NCBI GenBank assembly: GCA_946965045.2
Contig: OX337235.1
Coordinates: forward strand, 2,852,001-2,916,000
DNA length: 64,000 bases
Source: Epithemia pelagica
Taxonomy: Eukaryota; Protista; Bacillariophyta
Direction of reading: 5' to 3'
The notes under the pieces are model-generated. The model did not search any database. It saw nothing but the letters and a program-made list of their open reading frames with translations, and was not told where the DNA came from. Shown piece by piece: positions 56,561 through 64,000 of this stretch. The translations under genes and the position numbers were made by a program. Numbering within the stretch: position 1 is the stretch's first letter; every line of letters starts with the position of its first letter.

Positions 56561-57451
56561 AGCAGCCTTTGGCGGCATCCCTAGCTCTACTCCGTCGTCA
56601 CTTCTCACTCCGTCGTCACAAGCAAACTTTGTCGGCTGGTGTTGCGGCCGACCAGCAGTCCACGTTTGGCTGGATGGCAGTCGCGGGTGCAATTGGAACA
56701 GCCGCCCTGCATACGGATTGCGGCATTGTAAAAAACGACGATAATCCGAGGACCTGCTATTCGTGAATCACAGATTGTTTCCGTGCGTTCTGTCGAATGA
56801 GCACTACGATTACCATTTGTGGAAGAATCAAAGTATAGATGTTCAACGTCCTTCATGAACTGGCCCAATTTGTTTTTGATAACCGGTGGAAAACTTAGAT
56901 CTGATAACTTAGAATGTTTTACTGCCGAGATTTATTTCAACAACTGTCCATGGGTTATTAGATGTGAATGGTCGTTTCACTGAGTCTCTCCTATGAGAGT
57001 GTAGCGAAGTGTCTGTCTATGAAAAGAGTTCATGTCCTTTGAAAAAGCATACTGGTTTCTTACTTTTTCCGTCACCTAGGACTGACACACCAAAACAGTA
57101 TACGGATATAAGCAAACTTTCCGCTACGAAACTCATCCAGACCGTGTGACCTGTTCTTGACTCACATCTGCAGTAGACTCCTCCGTGGCTCGCATTTTTT
57201 TTTACCTTTCAACAGGAGACATATTTCACTCACAGCCTAAAAACGGCTGTCTGTTAGACATTGGGTGGAGGAGCAACAAGTTCATATCGCTGGTGAATTT
57301 GCTTCTACAGTGGATTCTTGGTTGTTAATTCAATGGCGGTCGTTGACGACTGGGAGGCTTCTTCCTCGTCTCGTCGCCTTGTCCAGGTGTTGGTCTTTTC
57401 GTCGTCGTCATCATCATCATTGTGATTCCGGGTCTCGCTTTTGTGGTTCAT

Positions 57452-59566
57452 CTAAGTAGAGCCCTTTGCCACCATTGGATTCATGGGTTGAACTTCACTC
57501 CACGACACGGTCGCCGATCCTGTCACCGAACCTTCTGGTCCACATGCGGTGGCAGTATCCGAATAGTAGTAGTAGTACGAATAATACGTCATCCACACGG
57601 CATAGAGAAAGAGTCCTACACATCCCAATCCAAGACATACTTGAAAGGGGGACCAATGGTACTCATCTTCCAATCGACCCGATACAATGGCCGAAGCGCT
57701 TTCCCCCATCAAGGCCAAGGCAAAATCCAGCGACATGACCCGTCCCAAGAGGGCCGATGACGAATACGTTTGTAACAATAACGAACTATTGATCCAAACC
57801 GCCGACACCCCCATGGCTCGAAGACAGGTTAAGACACACAAGCTACCAAACACGGACCATGGCAGTGGCGAGGAAAAGGACGACAAGGTTCCATTCCGTG
57901 TCTCTTGGCTATTGTTCTCGTTCGGAACAAACCATGACATGCCACCCATGCCAAGACAGGCCATAGCAGACACGCCAATGGCGGTAATGCAAGCGAATTG
58001 CAACGTCTCGGGTCGTTGCATGTTTGTATATCGTTCCGCAATCAAGGGTCCCAACAAACAACCGATACCAACGCCGGCAAACAACAAACCCAATCGAAAG
58101 GCATCTTCTTCTTCTTCTTGCTGTTCCGATTCGCTCATGGCATGTATGAGTGCTGTCGAGTTTTGGGTTGTCGAAAACGTGACATTGGTGCCAAGCATTT
58201 CTCGCATCCACCAGTGACGCAAGTCGTTTTCGTTCACGTAGGATCGAGGACGAGCAGCAAATTTGACATTGACGACATCCAAGGTTAACCACAAGGCAGA
58301 ACACTTGAGAAAGACCAATGGACCCCAAAACGAACGGCATACATAGGCCAAACCATCCCAAGCCATGGTCGTACTTGTTCCAACCATTGATATCAACCAA
58401 CAACAACCAAACTTGGGGGAGGTTGCATGGGATGCGATGTCGCATGCTTCAAGTGATGATGCTGGTCTTGTTCCTATATCTGGTCCCTCCTTAGCAGCAT
58501 CATATTTATCCGTGTGCAAGTCGCACAGAAGGACGTCTCCGTCGTTGTTATCATTCTCGTTGTTGATCATGGGTCGGTACCCCACTACCATGGGATCGAG
58601 ACGGGCACACCAATACATTAACAGGGCACTGATCCCATATGTGACACAATCCACGACAAAACAAGCTCGAATGCCCAATTGGGAAACCAAAAAGCCTCCC
58701 GACGCACTGCCCACGGCTGCGACGGTCGACCACGCCATGCCTGCTACAATGGTGGCCTTTTTCAAGGCTTGTTGTTGATATTTTGTCAGTCGAGTGCTCG
58801 TGTCAGGTTTGTTCTCGTGACTGTCTGGCTGTTGTTGTTGTTGTTGTCGTTGCTGTTGTTGTATGCCAACGAGGGAGGGTAAGAGTGCAGCTCGACTGGG
58901 CTCGTACAAGCCGCCACTGACGGCTTGTTGCAGAGAGGTGGCGACAAAAATGCCCACAATACCCCTCGTGGCGGAAGACTCGGTGGTTTGGTCGCGGTCC
59001 TCGTCGTCGTGGTTGTGGTCCGACTCATCAAGGTCTTGGACGGCCCAAACAAACAACCAGGCAATGGCGGCCCCACAGAGATCCAAGACAATCATGACAT
59101 GACGACGATCCCAAGGGGCATCGGCCAAGACACCGCCTGCAGGCGATAGGACAACGGACGTCATGAGACGTACCACTACCAAGTAACTGATAATGGTTTG
59201 GGGACCCCATCCATCGTTTCCATCCTCATCGGGATGGAGATTTCCCAGCAGCAATTGAACGGCGGCCAAGGAAGACAAGTAGGTCAACCATTCTCCAAAA
59301 TAGTTGGCAATATAACTCATCAAGTACAATCGATATGGCACATTGTCTCGAATCAAGCTCCAATACGTCACCCCTTCCTTGTCGTCGTCGTCGTCGTCTT
59401 CGCCGTCCTCGTTTTTGTCTCTGCCTCCTTCACGACAATGTCTCTGTGAGTCTTCCTGGATCGCATGTTCGTTGAATGGCAATGGCTCAGGAGACAAGGA
59501 CAAGGGCAGCGACGACGACGAAGAAGAAGATTGGTTGCTGGACGTGCTTGTCGTCGTCATCGACAT
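57452..59566 (-). CDS. Major facilitator superfamily transporter
   Basis: YRLYLMSYIANYFGEWLT, motif A-like GGVLADAPWDRRHVMIVLD, about 12 hydrophobic segments. Confidence 0.85.
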   Translation of the reverse strand: MSMTTTSTSSNQSSSSSSSLPLSLSPEPLPFNEHAIQEDSQRHCREGGRDKNEDGEDDDDDDKEGVTYWSLIRDNVPYRLYLMSYIANYFGEWLTYLSSLAAVQLLLGNLHPDEDGNDGWGPQTIISYLVVVRLMTSVVLSPAGGVLADAPWDRRHVMIVLDLCGAAIAWLFVWAVQDLDESDHNHDDEDRDQTTESSATRGIVGIFVATSLQQAVSGGLYEPSRAALLPSLVGIQQQQRQQQQQQPDSHENKPDTSTRLTKYQQQALKKATIVAGMAWSTVAAVGSASGGFLVSQLGIRACFVVDCVTYGISALLMYWCARLDPMVVGYRPMINNENDNNDGDVLLCDLHTDKYDAAKEGPDIGTRPASSLEACDIASHATSPKFGCCWLISMVGTSTTMAWDGLAYVCRSFWGPLVFLKCSALWLTLDVVNVKFAARPRSYVNENDLRHWWMREMLGTNVTFSTTQNSTALIHAMSESEQQEEEEDAFRLGLLFAGVGIGCLLGPLIAERYTNMQRPETLQFACITAIGVSAMACLGMGGMSWFVPNENNSQETRNGTLSSFSSPLPWSVFGSLCVLTCLRAMGVSAVWINSSLLLQTYSSSALLGRVMSLDFALALMGESASAIVSGRLEDEYHWSPFQVCLGLGCVGLFLYAVWMTYYSYYYYYSDTATACGPEGSVTGSATVSWSEVQPMNPMVAKGST

Positions 59567-59955
59567 GGCCTTTGTGTGGGTTTTTGGATATCGAGAATTT
59601 GTGACATGATGGCGTTGCCCCCAAACACCCCGGAACCGCCCTCAAACGGAAGTGGAGGCGTGCGAATCTTGGGCCAGACGCGGACGTCTGGCATCGCGCC
59701 GGCAGGCCCATATATGGGACCTTTATGCGACCCATGTGCGTCGATCGTCGGAACCACAAACCTGCGCTTTGTTCTGGTTGAGTGTGATGGCTGATGGCAA
59801 TGGCACATCGTTTGGTGTGTCAACCGAAACGTCCCTCGTAGTAGGAGAGTCTGATTGCACACAAGGCTTTTGATCAAACAGTCCGAAAGCGATTGGGAAA
59901 ATCTCTTCTATCCATTGCTGTCGATTCCACCTGTGCTCACACAGTCAGCCAGTGG

Positions 59956-62900
59956 ATGGCATCTGTGAGGAGGATGGCCCGTGTGCCTACCATTGCATGG
60001 CTTTGTCTTTTTCTTTGTCGGGTTATTCAAAGAATACCATTCACTCGAGGATGGACGTTGGGGAGATCGAGAGCAAGTGCTTTACATCATCCATTCCCCG
60101 AAGTTTTGAGAACCAGATGTTTCTTGAGCTCAGATAACACTATCGATACTCAGAACCATCGATCGTCGAATGGAGACTCGGACTTCATTGCTCAAGGACA
60201 CGCCGAGTTTCACCAGTATTTTGACTTCCCCCTGGACGATTGGCAGCTTCTTGCCGGAGGGGCAATCGCGAGTGGATGTAATGTGATTGGTACGTGTTCC
60301 TTGGATCTCGCTCTCTTGTGAGTTTTGATGGACTTTTGAAACACGAGAAAGGACTCTGACGCTGTGCAATTCTATTAGTGTGCGCTCCTACTGGAGCTGG
60401 GTAAGTCACTGTCTTCAACTTGCACTTTGCTCGAACGATTCTCGCCGCTGATCGAATCATCATGTCACTCGTTTCGTCTGTCTTCCAGGAAAACAGTGGT
60501 GGGCGAAATGGCACTCTTACATGCGTTTCACGCCTTGGACTTGTCAGGAATCTATACAACACCATTGAAGGCATTATCCAATCAAAAGTATGTCGATTTG
60601 TGTCGCATCTTTGGACGGAACAATACAGGCTTATCGACGGGTGACATTTCCATCAACAAGGGAGCCCAAATCACCGTCATGACCACCGAAGTCTATCGAA
60701 ACATTGCATGGCGTTCCTCCACTCCCTCCTCAAACATATTGGGAACGAATGAATTGGCTCAAAATGCGATTGTGGTCCTGGATGAATTCCATTTTATGGG
60801 AAACCCTCGTCGGGGTGGAGTGTGGGAGGAAAGTGTCATTACCTCACCCTCCCATTCCCAAATCATTGGGCTCTCGGCGACTCTATCCAACGGACAGGTA
60901 AGTCGGTCGATAGAAACAAACAAGGTGGATGTCCTAAAGGCACTGCTGATACACCATGGAATCAATGTTAGGATTTGGCTTCGTGGATGGAATATGTTTC
61001 AGGTCGACGGACAATTCTCGTGGATGTTCCTGGTCAGAAACGGCCTGTCCCTCTTCGGTACATATTTGCGAGGAAGAGAAACTTGCATCCTTTGTTCCGA
61101 GATCCCGATGCCGGTCCTGGGGCACCCAAGGGACTTTTAGGGTATCGCGGAGATGGAATTCCCCAACCTGATGGAAAAGGGAAAAAGAAAAAGAAGAAAG
61201 GATTTGACAAGGGAAACAATGACGTGGATGTCGGGGTTCTTCCAAGAGGGTTACAGGCCAATCCAGTTCTGAAAGATGCTGCAAATGCCATCCTTAGCAA
61301 GGTTACAAAAACGATTGATAAACGAAAGCAGCGAGACCGAATTCGTGCAGCGGCAGGTGAACCATCGTTTTCTTCTTTTCGGGGCGGCATGTCACCACGC
61401 GAAGAGCGTCGACAAAAGGAACGCTTGTTAAAGAGTGAATTGCGGCGGGAAGTCCCTTCCCTATCGTTTTTACTAACGAGTCTACGAAGGAAGAAATTGC
61501 TTCCGGCCATCTTCTTCATTTTTTCTCGCGCTGGATGCGAAGAGGCCGCACGAAACGCCTACCAAACAATGAGTGGTCCACGAGACCCTAGTCGCATGTT
61601 GGACGTTGAACTGGAGCAATTCGATGTGTCCCAAGGGAAAAGACAGAGGCGGAACCAAGGATATGATGCGGAAGGTCTTGAAACGGACGGCGATGGTAGA
61701 TTGTTTCGGTCCAAGGGCGCATTGGATCTACTTGATTCAATCCTCGATGATGATTCATCCATGTCATTGGACGAACAACCTCACGAGGACAGGTCGCCTT
61801 TGTGGCCTGATAACTGGGAGTTCTACTCGAAAGCAGGGCTACTCAGTCTAGACGAAGTGAAAGAAACTGCGTACAGAATATCCGTGTTCAATGAACAAAA
61901 TCCTGAAATTGCTTTCGACGATGAAATATCCGAGCAATTCATGTTTGGCATTGGATCACACCACGCTGGCCTATTGCCTGCACATAAGTCTTTCGTCGAA
62001 ATTCTCTTTCGTCGACAGCTTCTCAAGGCTGTTTTCGCCACTGAAACATTGGCTGCTGGAATCAATATGCCTGCACGAACAACTGGTAAGAAAGACAAAT
62101 GCATGTGAGAATAATAATGTACGAACACCTCTCACAATTCATTTGGTGCCTTTCTGCTTCTGGCTCCCAGTTATTTGTTCAATGGCTAAACGTGGTGGGG
62201 GATCGGGTATGTCCCTTTTAGAGACGTCCAATCTCCTCCAAATGGCAGGGAGAGCGGGGCGCCGAGGTTATGACAAGGAAGGGACATGCGTCATCATGGC
62301 GACTCCATTCGAGACTCATGACGATGCTGTGAAAATCCTCACAGACCCGATTCAGCCGATCAAGTCTCAGTTCACACCCTCGTAGTAAGTGCGAAGGAAT
62401 GAAAATGACATTTTGAAGTATTGACTCATGCCTCGCCCTTATAATACAACGTACGTTGTTGAATGACAGCGCTTTGGCGATCAATTTGGTTGCACGTGGG
62501 AACGGCAAGCTGGACGTGGCGCGTCAGTTGGTAGGAAAGTCGTTTGCTTCATGGGTACATCAAAAGGTAGAAGAGAACGTGAATCTGGCGTCTCCGGATG
62601 GCCTCAACGAAGTCATTCAGGTGTCAGCAGAGGAGAGGTTCATGAGCGTTCTTGTGGAGACACTTGAGAGGAGACGAAAGAAGCGAGATGAAGTAGAAGT
62701 TGATTCGATGCTGGATATTTTGAACAACCGCGACGCACTGAAAAAGGCTTCAAAATCTTTTATTTCTCTTGCAAAGGCAATGGAACAAGAAGAAACAACG
62801 TTGAGTTATTTAGAGCAAGAAATACAACAGTCAGAAGAAAGAGCCTCTGATTATCTAGAAATAGAGAAACACCTGTCGCTTCAGCAAGAACGTATACGAG

Positions 62901-64000
62901 AAGCAAAAATGCTTCTGCGACAACATGCATTTACCGCAATGGCAGAGTTGGCCCAAATGACGATGAGTTTGAAAGAGGATAGCAAGCACGGACATCGCCT
63001 TCGAGAAGCGCTGACGGGCGCCCGCGGGTTTGAGACCAGTCCAGAGGAGGTCCCTTTTACTGCCATGGAGCTTGTAACCTATGCCAAATCAGCAGTCGTT
63101 GCCGGCAAACGAACACGAAAGCTTCTGAACTCAAATCCTGGTCTTGATCCAACGTCGCTGTTCTTAACCATGGACGATTCGTCGAAAGACAGTTCATGGG
63201 AAAGCATGCTTGCGATCACAAATACGCTGTTATCGTACGGATGTCTGAAAGTGGAAGATGGTGATCCCCGGAATTGTGAAGAGGCAACGTTCTCAATCAC
63301 TCCCGCTGGAATGAATGTAGGAATGCTGGGATTCGACAACAGTTTGTGGGCGCTGGTGGCAATTGGCGGTTCCTGGTATCATCCCGACTCCCATGGTGAT
63401 GAAAGCACTAGCAATAGTTTGGATGCGAATTCGGGTATGGAAGCAAAGCTCTTGGTGGAAGGTCTCTGTGGGATGGATGCCGCCGAGTTTGCAGGCTACA
63501 TATCAGCGTTTGTGTCGGAAGGCTCACGAAGCGACGGATCGGAGGTTCTCGACGTGTTTCGTGGTCTTACGCCTTCACAACAAAGAGTGATACAAACGGC
63601 CCTCACTTTGATGGATCAATTTATGGGTGTACAAGAGAGGCATTCGGTGGAACCTGGCGCCCGCACTTGTAACTTCGACATATCATCGGTCGATGTCGTG
63701 ACGCAATGGGCGAGAGGATGTACCTGGAGCGAAGCATTGAGTCTGTCCGGATTGCCACCTGGAGATTTGGTACGAACACTCAGTCGTGTGTTGGATGCGG
63801 CTCGACAACTCGGCAAGCTTCCGTATGAACCCATTCGAAAGGGAGACCTTTCGGTTGGAGGGGGACGAGAGTCCATGGGGATTCATCCCCGGATCCGCCG
63901 GCTGTGTGTTGAGGCTGTGGCCGCCATTGATCGCTACCCCGTAAAGGACAATTTGTTGTTTGAATCTTCGGGGGACGCCAGCGCCGATGAATCCGGGGAA
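59956..64000 (+). CDS. Ski2-like DExH RNA helicase, ISE2-like (probably plastid-targeted), partial; introns 60290-60378, 60401-60488, 60898-60971, 62086-62170, 62385-62469
   Basis: [61 protein letters not shown]-like [12 protein letters not shown]; hydrophobic N-terminal leader; last exon open to the window end. Confidence 0.85.

Overview
Eukaryotic nuclear DNA, most likely a pennate diatom (inferred from short GT-AG introns, a DUF6824 gene, diatom CoDi-type Ty1/copia elements and a receptor cyclase-PDE fusion). The left arm (1-9.2 kb) holds a partial unknown gene, a DUF6824 protein, prefoldin 6, a coiled-coil hypothetical protein and PGS1. A nested transposon island of about 22 kb follows (9.2-31.1 kb). 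It contains a two-LTR copia on the minus strand whose gag is interrupted by an 824-bp insertion with GT...AG ends, a second chromodomain-bearing copia with permuted LTR fragments, several non-autonomous TIR elements and an internally deleted hAT. The right arm holds a His/Met-rich receptor guanylate cyclase with a degenerate PDE domain, an unknown membrane protein, CTF8, a mucin-like TM-PDZ protein, a non-canonical Dicer-like protein, CENH3, a two-ORF CRE-like non-LTR retrotransposon followed by a hairpin-rich repeat mosaic, an MFS transporter and an ISE2/Ski2-like helicase that runs off the window. Strongest leads: (1) the introner-like insertion whose removal by splicing would exactly restore gag in either orientation; (2) the His/Met-loaded sensor loop of the cyclase; (3) an RRM-PAZ-RNase III-pseudo-RNase III Dicer; (4) the LTR end-to-start junction and circularly permuted LTR pieces around copia 2. 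All family assignments come from motif recognition by eye; no searches were run.
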